63,976 nucleotides of DNA, filler included, from Octopus bimaculoides (GCF_001194135.2; 6 parts of 5 records of this genome joined end to end with filler, not necessarily neighbours in it), one strand, 5' to 3'. Shown: positions 1 through 14,483, counted from the whole stretch's first letter. The notes: generated from the letters alone by a model not told the origin. Translations and numbers: made by a program.

Positions 1-925
1 CCTCTCCCATCTCCCCCTCCTCCCTTCCACCTTTCAACTTCATCGCAAAATAAACTTTTACCATACAATATGTCTCTGTGACTAATCATTTACTGACTTG
101 GCTCAGCCTACTGATTGCTTATTGTTGTTGTTGTTTAGCCCCAGGAAGGCCTCCACCAAGCAGACTCTGGTTAATGAATGCGAGTCTTGTATATCATGCA
201 ATGGCAATCACTCTTATCGGGAAGCAATGGTCGTCTCATCACTCGGTATTAAAGCGCCTAATCGATCAGATGCTGGTTTATTGCAGAGAAACATTTAATA
301 ATGCAGACTCTTAGCATAAATCTCTTTATATGTATGAGTATGTGCATATGTATGCATGCACGCACGTATGTATGTATGTATGTATGTATGTATGCATGCA
401 TGTATGTATGGTATATACACTCACACATATGATGATGAACAATCATTCGACCCTTATTGGGATCTTATCAGCATTTTCATCACTTGACCAATCCTATGTG
501 CGTGTGTGTGTGTGCATATATATATCTATACAGAGAACGAGAGAGAAATATATGTATATTTGTATATACGTATATTTACGTATGTATAAATGTATGTACG
601 TATGTATCTATGTATGTGTATATATAACGGAAACACGTCTTGCATACATATATATAAATCGCATAACCATGTCCACCTCACTACGATAGCATCGAGTGAG
701 CTTTTGTTTCCAGCAGATCCAGCTTGAAATAGTGACAGACCGAGACGATTCCCACATGTTTCAACCCTATTTGCCACCCACACATACATGATGGACGACT
801 CTCTCGTCGAAGACGACGTACGAATGTTCAGCTTCTGCCGAACGACCTGCACATGTGATCACGCCCTTATAATGTTTCTCGCTTCTTTCTTTACTGCCTC
901 GTTTTCTTTCTCTACTTCACCTTCA

Positions 926-960
<35 letters not shown>

Positions 961-3818
961 TCTTACATACTTTGGTAAATTCACGCCATCTCCCTCTCAA
1001 CCAATCTCTTTCACTCTCTCTCTTTCTCTGCACGAATATTTAATGCCGACCAATTGGCCAACCAGCCAACCAGCCAACCAGCTACCTCCTTTGCCTTTTT
1101 GCATACCCCCCCTCCTATCTTCTTTTCTCCCCTCGCATACACTTCTTCTGGCACGACAACGACGACGATGACCACCACCACCACCACCACNNNNNNNNNN
1201 NNNNNNNNNNNNNNNNNNNNNNNNNNNNNNNNNNNNNNNNNNNNNNNNNNNNNNNNNNNNNNNNNNNNNNNNNNNNNNNNNNNNNNNNNNNNNNNNNNNN
1301 NNNNNNNNNNNNNNNNNNNNNNNNNNNNNNNNNNNNNNNNNNNNNNNNNNNNNNNNNNNNNNNNNNNNNNNNNNNNNNNNNNNNNNNNNNNNNNNNNNNN
1401 NNNNNNNNNNNNNNNNNNNNNNNNNNNNNNNNNNNNNNNNNNNNNNNNNNNNNNNNNNNNNNNNNNNNNNNNNNNNNNNNNNNNNNNNNNNNNNNNNNNN
1501 NNNNNNNNNNNNNNNNNNNNNNNNNNNNNNNNNNNNNNNNNNNNNNNNNNNNNNNNNNNNNNNNNNNNNNNNNNNNNNNNNNNNNNNNNNNNNNNNNNNN
1601 NNNNNNNNNNNNNNNNNNNNNNNNNNNNNNNNNNNNNNNNNNNNNNNNNNNNNNNNNNNNNNNNNNNNNNNNNNNNNNNNNNNNNNNNNNNNNNNNNNNN
1701 NNNNNNNNNNNNNNNNNNNNNNNNNNNATCTCCTACCCATCCCCTATTGCATCATTAGATTCAAAGCCAAAAGGTTTGGTGACATTTTGTCCATTTCTCT
1801 GCATGGCTTGACGTTCAATTTCTATCTATTTCCGATATTACTTTCTTATTGAAAACATTAGCTTCAGATTAAGCCGTAACTCTTGTTTAAATCCAACCTA
1901 TTTGCTAATGTTTCAACGTAATGAGTTAGTTACAGTACTTCGGATAATTATGACCACATTGCTACTGCCGCCGCTGCCACTACTGCTATTGTTGTTGGTG
2001 GCGGTGGTTGATTAATTGTTGTTGCTTGTGTTGTTTTGTTGTTGGGTTTCTGTGATTGTTGTACTTGTTTTGTACGTCGTCGTTGTCAAAGCTGTTGTTG
2101 TTGCTGCTGCAGCTGCTGCTGATGTAATTCTTGTTGTTGTTATTGTTGCTGTAATTATTGTTATATAGGATTTTGCTGAAGTTGTTGATGTGTTTGTCAT
2201 TACTGTTGTTGTTGTCGTCGTCATCATTGTCGCCATCGATTCCGTCGTCTTTCTCCTTATTTCTTCGATCAAGATTTTCTGTTGTTTATTTAAATGCTAA
2301 TCATTTTATTGAGTGTATGTGTCTGTGTGAATGAGTTTGTGTATGTGTACATATGTTCGGTGCATGTGTGTTTATATCCATGTTTGTTTGTATTGTACTT
2401 TTAGTTTTCTTTGTACTTCTTTCAAGTTGTTGGACAGGCATCAGGATTATAATGAACATCAGAAAGTTATTACGATTCTTACCAAGACAGAAAACAGATG
2501 GCTCTTCGTCAAATGATTTAAGAGATAGTTGTGATGGGACTGAGGTGTTGTATCTTGCGGAGTTGTTAATCCTTGACACAATCCCGAAAGCGCATTAATC
2601 TACACAGCTCCGGAATGTATAGAGATGATGGTTAAGCAATTTCGTGAATATGGGATGTTCTTCGAAGAATTTTATCTTCTTTCTTTTATAATTTATTTAA
2701 TTGAGGAAAGGTTTAGTCCAGTGGTTCTCAAACGAGGGTCTATATAAGATTTGGCGGGGGGGGNNNNNNNNNNNNNNNNNNNNNNNNNNNNNNNNNNNNN
2801 NNNNNNNNNNNNNNNNNNNNNNNNNNNNNNNNNNNNNNNNNNNNNNNNNNNNNNNNNNNNNNNGAAAAGCACGGAGAAAAAAAATTGAATAGTGTCCAGT
2901 CAACGGTCAATCAATACAGGCCAACGGTGAAGTCATATTCTTTCTTGTCGACTACTGAAACGAATAACCATCTATATATTCGAGCACGATATGTCTGCCG
3001 TTAAACCTACGTCAGGTCTTTTAGTGGCAGGATGTTAAACCGAATACACGTATGCACACGCGCACACACAATGACGCATAGACACAATGATGTCATGCAC
3101 ACAACGACGCATACTCACACACACAGACACTATATCGCTAATTAGACACTAAAATCAAATAAGCAATTATTTTTATACAGGTAATTGCAGTTTGCATTAT
3201 TGCTGTAATTATAGCAATGATATATGGATTTGATAGTAACTGTCTAATTATCGATGGAGAGTATCGATAAATACTCTAGCATTAGCAACACTTATATAAT
3301 ATTAACTGCTAATTTACTTAAGATTAGGTATCTTATGCATAGTCTTTCGTTTCGGAATCCGATTATAAGCAATATGGTCTCGCAATCGGTCTACATTTGG
3401 AAGTTGAAAGCTGGGAAGATTCAGTAAGAGATATAATAGAGAATATTGGCGATATATATAAATACATTAAAAAAATGAAGCTTTGGATGTTCTCTTTGCT
3501 AAAGAATGGAAATTCAGTGATAGTTTCAGCTTTTAAACATGTACAAACTGAAATTATCTCAGAGTTCCCTCTTTTATTTATGTCTTACTGATATAACAGT
3601 TCTATCGTGAAGATGATAATTTTTTAGTGTATGACGCAACACCATGCATTTGGTGGATTGCGTAAATAGTTTGAGGTATTAAGTCTCTGATACCGTGGAT
3701 TGAACAATTAATTTCTTTTGTTTAAAATTATGTAAATTATCTGATACGGATATTTTCTTGAGGTAATGGCATTATGAAGTGTACACAAGGCTACCGTTAT
3801 GTACCCATGTATATATGC

Positions 3819-3865
<47 letters not shown>

Positions 3866-4682
3866 NNNNNNNNNNNNNNNNNNNNNNNNNNNNNNNNNNN
3901 NNNNNNNNNNNNNNNNNNNNNNNNNNNNNNNNNNNNNNNNNNNNNNNNNNNNNNNNNNNNNNNNNNNNNNNNNNNNNNNNNNNNNNNNNNNNNNNNNNNN
4001 NNNNNNNNNNNNNNNNNNNNNNNNNNNNNNNNNNNNNNNNNNNNNNNNNNNNNNNNNNNNNNNNNNNNNNNNNNNNNNNNNNNNNNNNNNNNNNNNNNNN
4101 NNNNNNNNNNNNNNNNNNNNNNNNNNNNNNNNNNNNNNNNNNNNNNNNNNNNNNNNNNNNNNNNNNNNNNNNNNNNNNNNNNNNNNNNNNNNNNNNNNNN
4201 NNNNNNNNNNNNNNNNNNNNNNNNNNNNNNNNNNNNNNNNNNNNNNNNNNNNNNNNNNNNNNNNNNNNNNNNNNNNNNNNNNNNNNNNNNNNNNNNNNNN
4301 NNNNNNNNNNNNNNNNNNNNNNNNNNNNNNNNNNNNNNNNNNNNNNNNNNNNNNNNNNNNNNNNNNNNNNNNNNNNNNNNNNNNNNNNNNNNNNNNNNNN
4401 NNNNNNNNNNNNNNNNATATATATATATATATATATATACATCTAAATACACACACACACACACATATATATAACGCATACATTTATTTCTAATTGTACA
4501 TTCATAAATGTGTAAACGCATGCGTGTGTTTGCATTTGTATGTATATAAGATGTTTGTGTGTATCTAAGTATCTCTCTGTCTCTCTTTCTCTACCTATGT
4601 ATATGTATATGTGTGTGTTTACGTCTATCTGTACCTGTGTGTATGTGTGTATAAGTTTTTGAGAGAATATATATTAATACAG

Positions 4683-4727
4683 GTGCGCATGGATATTGTA
4701 TGTATGCTATAGCATATGGGTCTAAAG
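4683..4727 (+). CDS. Candidate 45-nt phase 1-1 exon, xAHGYCMYAIAYGSK
   Basis: taatacag| acceptor and AAG|GTATTT donor. Only the phase-1 frame is open. Confidence 0.28.
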
Positions 4728-5132
4728 GTATTTGTAATTACAAATCTGAAGACATGATTACATGGCTTTAGGATTGCAGTAGTATAGTACGAATATAAAT
4801 AAATAATTTATACATGGAGGTGTTTATATATGTAGTTGTATACATATATATGTATAATATGTGGAAGCGTAGAAGCATATGAATATTTATATTCAGTCGT
4901 TCGGGTCGGGTTTTGCTTTCCTCAAAGGAACCTAAGATATTTAGTTTGTGTGGGTTTATATATGTATACTTACATACATACATGCATGCATAAATACATA
5001 CAAGCATACACACATACACACATACATATACATGTAATTATGTAAATGTATTATATATACATATATATATATATACATATATACATATATATATATGAAT
5101 ATGTGTATACACACACATATAATTATATAACA

Positions 5133-5166
<34 letters not shown>

Positions 5167-6251
5167 ATATATATATATCTATATATATNNNNNNNNNNNN
5201 NNNNNNNNNNNNNNNNNNNNNNNNNNNNNNNNNNNNNNNNNNNNNNNNNNNNNNNNNNNNNNNNNNNNNNNNNNNNNNNNNNNNNNNNNNNNNNNNNNNN
5301 NNNNNNNNNNNNNNNNNNNNNNNNNNNNNNNNNNNNNNNNNNNNNNNNNNNNNNNNNNNNNNNNNNNNNNNNNNNNNNNNNNNNNNNNNNNNNNNNNNNN
5401 NNNNNNNNNNNNNNNNNNNNNNNNNNNNNNNNNNNNNNNNNNNNNNNNNNNNNNNNNNNNNNNNNNNNNNNNNNNNNNNNNNNNNNNNNNNNNNNNNNNN
5501 NNNNNNNNNNNNNNNNNNNNNNNNNNNNNNNNNNNNNNNNNNNNNNNNNNNNNNNNNNNNNNNNNNNNNNNNNNNNNNNNNNNNNNNNNNNNNNNNNNNN
5601 NNNNNNNNNNNNNNNNNNNNNNNNNNNNNNNNNNNNNNNNNNNNNNNNNNNNNNNNNNNNNNNNNNNNNNNNNNNNNNNNNNNNNNNNNNNNNNNNNNNN
5701 NNNNNNNNNNNNNNNNNNNNNNNNNNNNNNNNNNNNNNNNNNNNNNNNNNNNNNNNNNNNNNNNNNNNNNNNNNNNNNNNNNNNNNNNNNNNNNNNNNNN
5801 NNNNNNNNNNNNNNNNNNNNNNNNNNNNNNNNNNNNNNNNNNNNNNNNNNNNNNNNNNNNNNNNNNNNNNNNNNNNNNNNNNNNNNNNNNNNNNNNNNNN
5901 NNNNNNNNNNNNNNNNNNNNNNNNNNNNNNNNNNNNNNNNNATATATATATTCACGCGTTTAGAAGAGATACTTTGTAAACTTTGTTAAAATGATTGCAA
6001 TAATTTAATTAGCTGTTGAACTTAAACCGATAACATATAACTCTAAACTATTATTAAAGCAACAATATCGTTATGAGGTTTATTATAACATTTTCAATCA
6101 AGCTTCCTTTTCTTACCTCTTATTAGCCAGTTTAATACTTCGTCTTAAATTATCAATAGCCATACTGAGTTCAATTTTAATAAATCCGTTTGTTTCTTCA
6201 ATTATCTTGCTTTCTAGATCTTTTTGTTATCTATCTATGACTTTTGTACAG

Positions 6252-6275
6252 CAAACATCATGCACAAAAACAAAG
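6252..6275 (+). CDS. Candidate 24-nt micro-exon (xNIMHKNK in phase 1)
   Basis: gacttttgtacag| acceptor and AAG|GTATGC donor. Frame not determined by sequence alone. Confidence 0.28.
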
Positions 6276-7002
6276 GTATGCAATAATTCGTTATCAAACG
6301 TCTATATCTAGTGAAATTGTCGGCTTCCAATTTCTAATGGTCATTCACCTACGCAGCTTTTGTAATGATTGTTTAACATCAGGAATTCAATAACTTCAAG
6401 TGAAGCTCGTTTACTTGAAGAAATTTTATGAAGTTTCGTCATTTCTTTAAAATGATTAATAACCCTTCTAATACCAACTCGCCTGAGACCTCCTTTTGTT
6501 CTATGATACCTAACCTATCGCTTTAAAGTGTTCATATTTAAATTAAACCTAAAGCCAGCTGCCATAATTTTATATATATAAGAATAATTTGTTAAGTTAA
6601 TAAAGATACATAATGAAAGAGTTATCTTACAAAATCTCACCAAAATTTTTGATTATTTTCAAAATTGATTGAAACACATAGCTAGCGTTATATTATTAGA
6701 AATATCTTCAGCGAAAGGATCAATGAAACATATTAAAGCACTTAAACCTAAAAGAAGCATTATTATTATTGATGTCTCGGTATTTCTTTTTTATATACAA
6801 GCATTTCTGTTGTTGCATAATACAGTTGAACCAATCATTAATTTTGTACAGGAATCCAAATTAAACATTGAAGTAAAACAATATAAATCTTATCTATCTA
6901 TCTATCCATCTAGCTTTCTATAAATACTGAATAAGAAATATAAGTGAGGTATTGTTGGGCTAACAGTAATTGACAGAATGGCAGTCGAAGTTTGTCACGT
7001 CG

Positions 7003-7052
<50 letters not shown>

Positions 7053-7127
7053 AGTCTGTCTGTCTGTCTGTCTGTCTATCTATTTACNNNNNNNNNNCAC
7101 ACACACACACACAATCACACACACACA

Positions 7128-7170
<43 letters not shown>

Positions 7171-7753
7171 TCATACTTACATACACATATGCACGCGTAC
7201 ACACACACACATACATGAATATAATGCTTATAATCACACTTATGGACGTAACAATACATAAATTTTCTTAAGGTCAAGTTGCTTTTTGCTGGTGAAATAG
7301 AAACAAAAAATATATATAAAAAAGCTTGGATGCATAAAGGCAATTTGATTTGTCCACAATTTATTGAAGAATGCGTTTACTATAGAGCTTATTCAAAAAT
7401 GTCAACTAAGCAACGTTCTTCTATGTTACTGAATGAAATTTTGCTATCTATATGTGTATACATATGTGCGTATGTATGTATGTATTTATGAATGTATGTA
7501 CATATGTAAATATGTATTTATGCATAGATGTTTGTGCTTATGTATCTAAGAATGTGTGTGAATATATGTTTGTTTGTTTGTGTATATAAGTTTGTAAACA
7601 TATACATATATATGTGTATATATATGTGTTTATATGTGGTTGTTTGTGTGTTTATATATATGTATCTATATTTATGTTTACATATACACATACATGTATA
7701 TGCATTTGTTTATAGCTATTTCTATATGTGTATATATGCAAATATATTTACAA

Positions 7754-7790
<37 letters not shown>

Positions 7791-9218
7791 TACACACACC
7801 CATATATATACACACCGTGTCTTACGAAAACGTGTTAATTTATAACGTTTGAAAACCGGAATAAAGTGTAAGAGTTTAGTGAAAAGAATGGCGAAGGTGG
7901 ATGTTGAAGAGAGGGGTAGATAGAAGAATTACTTAAACTTCTTACATAATAGATTGCGCCATTTTTAGACGTACATCATTTGCAGCTTTTAAGAATAAAG
8001 TAAAAATAAAACATCGTGATAAAATAGGATGGAAAACGAAGAAATAAAAAGCGTGCCAAACGGTGCTAGTGGGTGGTATTTAGTTGAAGGAATTTGTCTG
8101 ACAAATATTTGCAATTCTCCCTTCTTCATTTTTAGCAGGATATTGTAAGAATCTATAATGTAATATAGTTGAATATCAACCTGTAATTTGCTTCAAAAAT
8201 CTATCTTTTTCTTTTTTCTTTTTTTAAAAAACACCGATATTACATTTAAGAAATGAAAGAGGAAGAAATATGACGGTAACAACGATGAAGAAACAAGGAG
8301 AAAGGATGTGAAGGTAGATTAGGAGTGGAGAAATGATAGGAAGGTGTTTCATAACACTTATATATGCATTTAGGTATGCATATATGTTATGTATGCATGC
8401 ATATATTTTACGCAATATATGTCTGTCTATCTCGCTCTCTATCTATATTTATACGCATACATACATACATACATACATACATACATNNNNNNNNNNNNNN
8501 NNNNNNNNNNNNNNNNNNNNNNNNNNNNNNNNNNNNNNNNNNNNNNNNNNNNNNNNNNNNNNNNNNNNNNNNNNNNNNNNNNNNNNNNNNNNNNNNNNNN
8601 NNNNNNNNNNNNNNNNNNNNNNNNNNNNNNNNNNNNNNNNNNNNNNNNNNNNNNNNNNNNNNNNNNNNNNNNNNNNNNNNNNNNNNNNNNNNNNNNNNNN
8701 NNNNNNNNNNNNNNNNNNNNNNNNNNNNNNNNNNNNNNNNNNNNNNNNNNNNNNNNNNNNNNNNNNNNNNNNNNNNNNNNNNNNNNNNNNNNNNNNNNNN
8801 NNNNNNNNNNNNNNNNNNNNNNNNNNNNNNNNNNNNNNNNNNNNNNNNNNNNNNNNNNNNNNNNNNNNNNNNNNNNNNNNNNNNNNNNNNNNNNNNNNNN
8901 NNNNNNNNNNNNNNNNNNNNNNNNNNNNNNNNNNNNNNNNNNNNNNNNNNNNNNNNNNNNNNNNNNNNNNNNNNNNNNNNNNNNNNNNNNNNNNNNNNNN
9001 NNNNNNNNNNNNNNNNNNNNNNNNNNNNNNNNNNNNNNNNNNNNNNNNNNNNNNNNNNNNNNNNNNNNNNNNNNNNNNNNNNNNNNNNNNNNNNNNNNNN
9101 NNNNNNNNNNNNNNNNNNNNNNNNNNNNNNNNNNNNNNNNNNNNNNNNNNNNNNNNNNNNNNNNNNNNNNNNNNNNNNNNNNNNNNNNNNNNNNNNNNNN
9201 NNNNNNNNNNNNNNNNNN

Positions 9219-9261
<43 letters not shown>

Positions 9262-9750
9262 ATACTTATATGCATATATACATATATACACACTCCCATA
9301 ATTGTACACACGCACGGTTATGGCAACACTAGCGTGTACGAAAGCCAATAACGGTCTTATACCTAACACTCTATCATCTTTGAAGGCGAGTTATGTGTAT
9401 ATAATTTTATATTCACATTTCTCCAGAAACATAGATCCAAATTCAAGGAAATATTGAATATCTATGCTTATTTTAATATCTTCACTTTGATTTATTTCAA
9501 CATGTCATTTTGTTTAAAGCATTTTCGTACATATTTATAAATTATTGCTCAGAGATTTCAGTTCTTTAGATCGCATTAAACCGTTTGCTTAAGTTTTGCA
9601 GGAAAGAAATATTCTCATCGTATTATTGTCCCCTTTTGAATTTTATTATCAATATTTAATTGTGAAGGTTAAGCAGGTTTAACTGTATAAATTTTTATAC
9701 ACAATGAAATCGTACGTCAGTCTTCTCGCGATTCCTGCTTGTTCTGGTAG

Positions 9751-9843
9751 ATTTTGATAGATTGAAAAACCGAGTTAAAACCAGCTTGTACTTCAAAGTT
9801 ATAAACACTTTCAAACTGGTTACTCTACCACTTGCTGATGAAA
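9751..9843 (+). CDS. Candidate 93-nt phase 1-1 exon, xFDRLKNRVKTSLYFKVINTFKLVTLPLADE
   Basis: ttcctgcttgttctggtag| acceptor and AAA|GTAAGA donor. Open in phase 1. Confidence 0.3.
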
Positions 9844-10690
9844 GTAAGATACGCGTGTATGATTATATATACATAAGTCTTCAAGATACATGGATTCATC
9901 TCCAGTTAAGCAATGAAAGTGATATATAAACTTACTTTTATGTTTCCAGTAATCAATATCAGCACAAATCCGTTTTATTCTCAAAAATTGGGACTTTGGA
10001 TTTGGCATTTTGTGACAACTTCGTACAAATCTTTGGATTTTAAGTCCAATATAAATTTCTTGTCCACTTTTTCAAAACACTCGACTTTTTGCAAGCGAGA
10101 GTTAAGTTTTCAAAAGGTAGCATAGCAATAGAGTTATTTTCCAAACCCACGTCACCCCACATTTATCTTCACCGCAGCTCCGATCATCTACAGCATGCGA
10201 TTAAGTCAAAACCAAAGTAATTGTGAATAAAACGGATTTGTATTGACATAGAAGATTATTGGAAACATGCAAGTGTTTTTGTACGCCTTTACGTCAAACG
10301 AGGTTATAGTGAATCGCGAATGAAGAAAATTGCCAATGACACAGCTAAAATTAACTTTCACGCCTAATTATAACAAAGTAAAAATTCTGGCCGAACTCCT
10401 TTTGTTATTAACTGGAATCGAAANNNNNNNNNNNNNNNNNNNNNNNNNNNNNNNNNNNNNNNNNNNNNNNNNNNNNNNNNNNNNNNNNNNNNNNNNNNNN
10501 NNNNNNNNNNNNNNNNNNNNNNNNNNNNNNNNNNNNNATATATATAGTCATCTACTTCTACCTTACCTATTTATATATTTAAAATTTACCTGACGATGGC
10601 GGGTTTTGCCATGATGTAATATCTAAAAATGCATCAATAAAATGTTGCCGAAACAGCTGTTGTGAGTTTTGAACCTTACTTGTGTACTTT

Positions 10691-10726
<36 letters not shown>

Positions 10727-10727
10727 A

Positions 10728-10782
<55 letters not shown>

Positions 10783-11294
10783 TTTCGTAGTTGCATGTTT
10801 GGACTATGTACACAGTCAGTGTTATTTCCAGTCATTTTTAAAAATCTTATAATACTCTGTCCTTTCATTTGCCGCGACATTTATAGTATTGAATTGAAAT
10901 TTCACTGATTTTCTGATTTTCCAATGAAATGTTACTATTCAGCATTTAATAAAGTGACGAATCACCAACAGAAATCTAAGTTAATAAACAGATTACTTCG
11001 TAGAAACGGTCGACGCCTCTCAGTTACGATTTATTTTTGTATTCTGGAAATAAAAACGAAACTTCGTTTTTACTCTTTGATCTCTAACTATAATTATAAA
11101 AAACGAAATGTCTGGAGATGCAATTAACAGAACCTTCGACGTTTCGACAGTATTGATAAGGATTATTGATCTATAAGTCTGGCAGTTAGTTGTTCATATA
11201 TTTTAAGAGAGTGTACAATCGGTTTAATTGACCTTGGAATTTTACTGGTACTTACCTTATATAGTCCGGAATGATGAAATTATTATACATCTAT

Positions 11295-11429
11295 ATATAC
11301 TTGCTTCCCAACCACATGATCCCGGGTTCAGTCCCACTGCGCGGCACCTTGGGAAAGTGTTTTCTACTATAGCCTCGGGCCAACCGAAGCCTTGTGAGTG
11401 GATTTAATCGACGGCAACAGAAGACTATG

Positions 11430-11476
<47 letters not shown>
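11295..11476 (+). mobile_element. Family A SINE 5' half running into (CA)n and a gap
   Basis: CCAACCACATGATCCCGGGTTCAGTCCCACTGCGCGGCACCTTGGGAAAG...GCCTTGTGAGTGGATTT. Confidence 0.85.
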
Positions 11477-11477
<1 letters not shown>

Positions 11478-13249
11478 NNNNNNNNNNNNNNNNNNNNNNN
11501 NNNNNNNNNNNNNNNNNNNNNNNNNNNNNNNNNNNNNNNNNNNNNNNNNNNNNNNNNNNNNNNNNNNNNNNNNNNNNNNNNNNNNNNNNNNNNNNNNNNN
11601 NNNNNNNNNNNNNNNNNNNNNNNNNNNNNNNNNNNNNNNNNNNNNNNNNNNNNNNNNNNNNNNNNNNNNNNNNNNNNNNNNNNNNNNNNNNNNNNNNNNN
11701 NNNNNNNNNNNNNNNNNNNNNNNNNNNNNNNNNNNNNNNNNNNNNNNNNNNNNNNNNNTGTTGAGTGCCCTTTTCTTTCGTTTGTCCACTCACGCGTATT
11801 TTAACATTTTTAGAGGTTTTATTTAGGTTTATCTGATATTGTGAGATGGAAGGAATTTTTCCTGCAATTATTTTTCACTCGTTTTTATTTATTTATTTAT
11901 TTATTTATTTATATAGAAGGGAAACTACTCTGTTTTATTTGCAGAATGAAGACATTGAAGTCATTTGTAAATAAAAGAATTTCTTTTCTGTTCGTTTGAA
12001 ATCATATTAACTTTGAATTATTGTATTGATTACGTTTTAGTGGATAATATATTGGTTTTTAATTTTTTAATCTTTTAATTAGTTAACTCTATAATTCTTG
12101 GTAGTTAATAGTTTATTATTTTTATATTAACTTATCTGTAGGTTGGTTGTCTATTTCCTTTTTGTTTTGTATAGACGGTAATTGCAAATGTCATTAACAA
12201 GTATTTATATATTGTGAATTGACACCTGAATTAACACTAAAGTGGATTTATATATTTTCCTGTTTTTGGTTAGTATGGCGTTCGGTTAATTTCTTTCTAT
12301 CATAATTTAATTGTTTGCTCCTTTCTGGGCTATTGTTAAGGTCTTTATATTTTCGTTGGTTGAACCCATTCATTCCAATAATGAATTCCTGAGGAAATGC
12401 CTAATTTGTGATTTCAAAAGGATTATATTTCGTTTTGTTTTGAATTAATTAGGCTTGGAAACAACTTTTAGAGTCTTTATTGGATTTGTACCAGCTTTTA
12501 ATTAAAGTAACGTCTACACTTATAATTTTTCCTTTCCTTAAACTTCATTTATTTATAGTACCAATATTGAATATATAATTTTTTTAAATATTGAATATAT
12601 AACTTTTTTAATACATTCTTTGCTTGTCTTGAACCGGTGGACTTGGATGTTTAACATCCCTTTGAAGGATATAAANNNNNNNNNNNNNNNNNNNNNNNNN
12701 NNNNNNNNNNNNNNNNNNNNNNNNNNNNNNNNNNNNNNNNNNNNNNNNNNNNNNNNNNNNNNNNNNNNNNNNNNNNNNNNNNNNNNNNNNNNNNNNNNNN
12801 NNNNNNNNNNNNNNNNNNNNNNNNNNNNNNNNNNNNNNNNNNNNNNNNNNNNNNNNNNNNNNNNNNNNNNNNNNNNNNNNNNNNNNNNNNNNNNNNNNNN
12901 NNNNNNNNNNNNNNNNNNNNNNNNNNNNNNNNNNNNNNNNNNNNNNNNNNNNNNNNNNNNNNNNNNNNNNNNNNNNNNNNNNNNNNNNNNNNNNNNNNNN
13001 NNNNNNNNNNNNNNNNNNNNNNNNNNNNNNNNNNNNNNNNNNNNNNGTCTAAGCTAAGAGCATTAGATTTTTTTTGTAAGAAGGCTAGCGAATGTATACG
13101 GAAACAAAGACAAAAAAAACGGGGAACATGGTACACAATTACAAATACAATAGACAAGAAAATAACATGTGTCTTTCAACTGTGAATGTACATACATACA
13201 TACATACATATATGTACGTATGCATGTATGTATGTATTTATGTGTGTAT

Positions 13250-13380
13250 GTATGAGAGACCGATAGAATAAGTACCAGATTTTAAAAGAGAACTAAGTAC
13301 TAGGCTCGATTTATTCGATAGGTAATTCTTCAAGGTGGTGCCCTAGCATGGCCATAGTCTAATGACTAAAACAAGTGAAA
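13250..13380 (+). mobile_element. Family A SINE tail fragment
   Basis: GAGACCGATAGAATAAGTACC...CTAGCATGGCCATAGTCTAATGACTAAAACAAG. Confidence 0.75.
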
Positions 13381-13424
13381 AACCTGTTTATATATACATA
13401 CATCTATAATCATTTCTACCAAAA

Positions 13425-13597
13425 GAACAAGGCCTGAAATTTCATGGAGGACGCGACTAGTTGAATACATCAATCCCCAATGAATACATCATCCGAAAGG
13501 ACAAAGGAAAACTCGACCGCAGCAGAATTTGAACCGACGAAACACCGCGAAGCATTTTGCTCGACGTGCTAGCTAGTTTACCAATTCGCCGCCTTAT
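13425..13597 (-). mobile_element. SINE family B, internally deleted
   Basis: AACAAGGCCTGAAATT...GAATTTGAAC...GCGAAGCATTTTGCTCGACGTGCTAG...TTCGCCGCCTTA. Confidence 0.72.
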
Positions 13598-13622
13598 CAC
13601 ATGTATAATATATTATATTATA

Positions 13623-13684
<62 letters not shown>

Positions 13685-14385
13685 TATATATATATATATA
13701 TCGCATGACACATATATATGTATATTACATCTATTTGAAAAGTCTGATAACATGAAATTTATTTATATGCTTTAAGAAAAATCTATTCATTGCTCACAAC
13801 GTATTTAGTATTCGCATTCTTTTCCCGTGAAACCACTTTCAAATCTATATTATTCTCATACACAGCTGAGTGAGGTAGCCTTTGCACTTTCTTCACTGAG
13901 ATGCACTGGTCTCTGATATGAATTAAGGATATAGTACAGTTAATCAAGTTATGATTTCTTAAAGCGTTTCCAACGTAGTCGTACCGAAGCAGAATAATGT
14001 TAGAGTTAAAGTATGTGTTCAGTTTCTTGTTATAGTTAAGATTGTGTAAGGCGTTTGTTATGTGTAAATTTGACTCTCAACATATTTTTGATAATTTCAA
14101 TAACAAAGACATAATAGAAAGAAGAAGAAGAGTTAGCCTATATTTTCTTGGGGAAAGTATTCAGCATTTTCTCGAGTTCGTTTCCTTTTCGGCGCAAAGA
14201 CAGAAATAATAGATTGCAGCACTCAAGTTAGAAGAAGGAGACAAATGTAAAGCAAAGAATACGGTTTCCAAAAATGTTCTCTCCTAAGATCGAACCTTCT
14301 GAACAACCAATGTAGACTTTACAACATTTCAAAGAACTAACACCGTAGAAAACAATACAATTTCAAAACAATGTATATTTTCATG

Positions 14386-14421
<36 letters not shown>

Positions 14422-14483
14422 ATGTATGTATGTAAATATGTATGAATGTTTATATGCAATTATATATATGTATATGTTTGAAT

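Noticed and set aside
9820-10008. ORF MPNPKSQFLRIKRICADIDYWKHK with a strong minus-strand donor
   Set aside because: It lies in one arm of an inverted-repeat element and has no acceptable acceptor.
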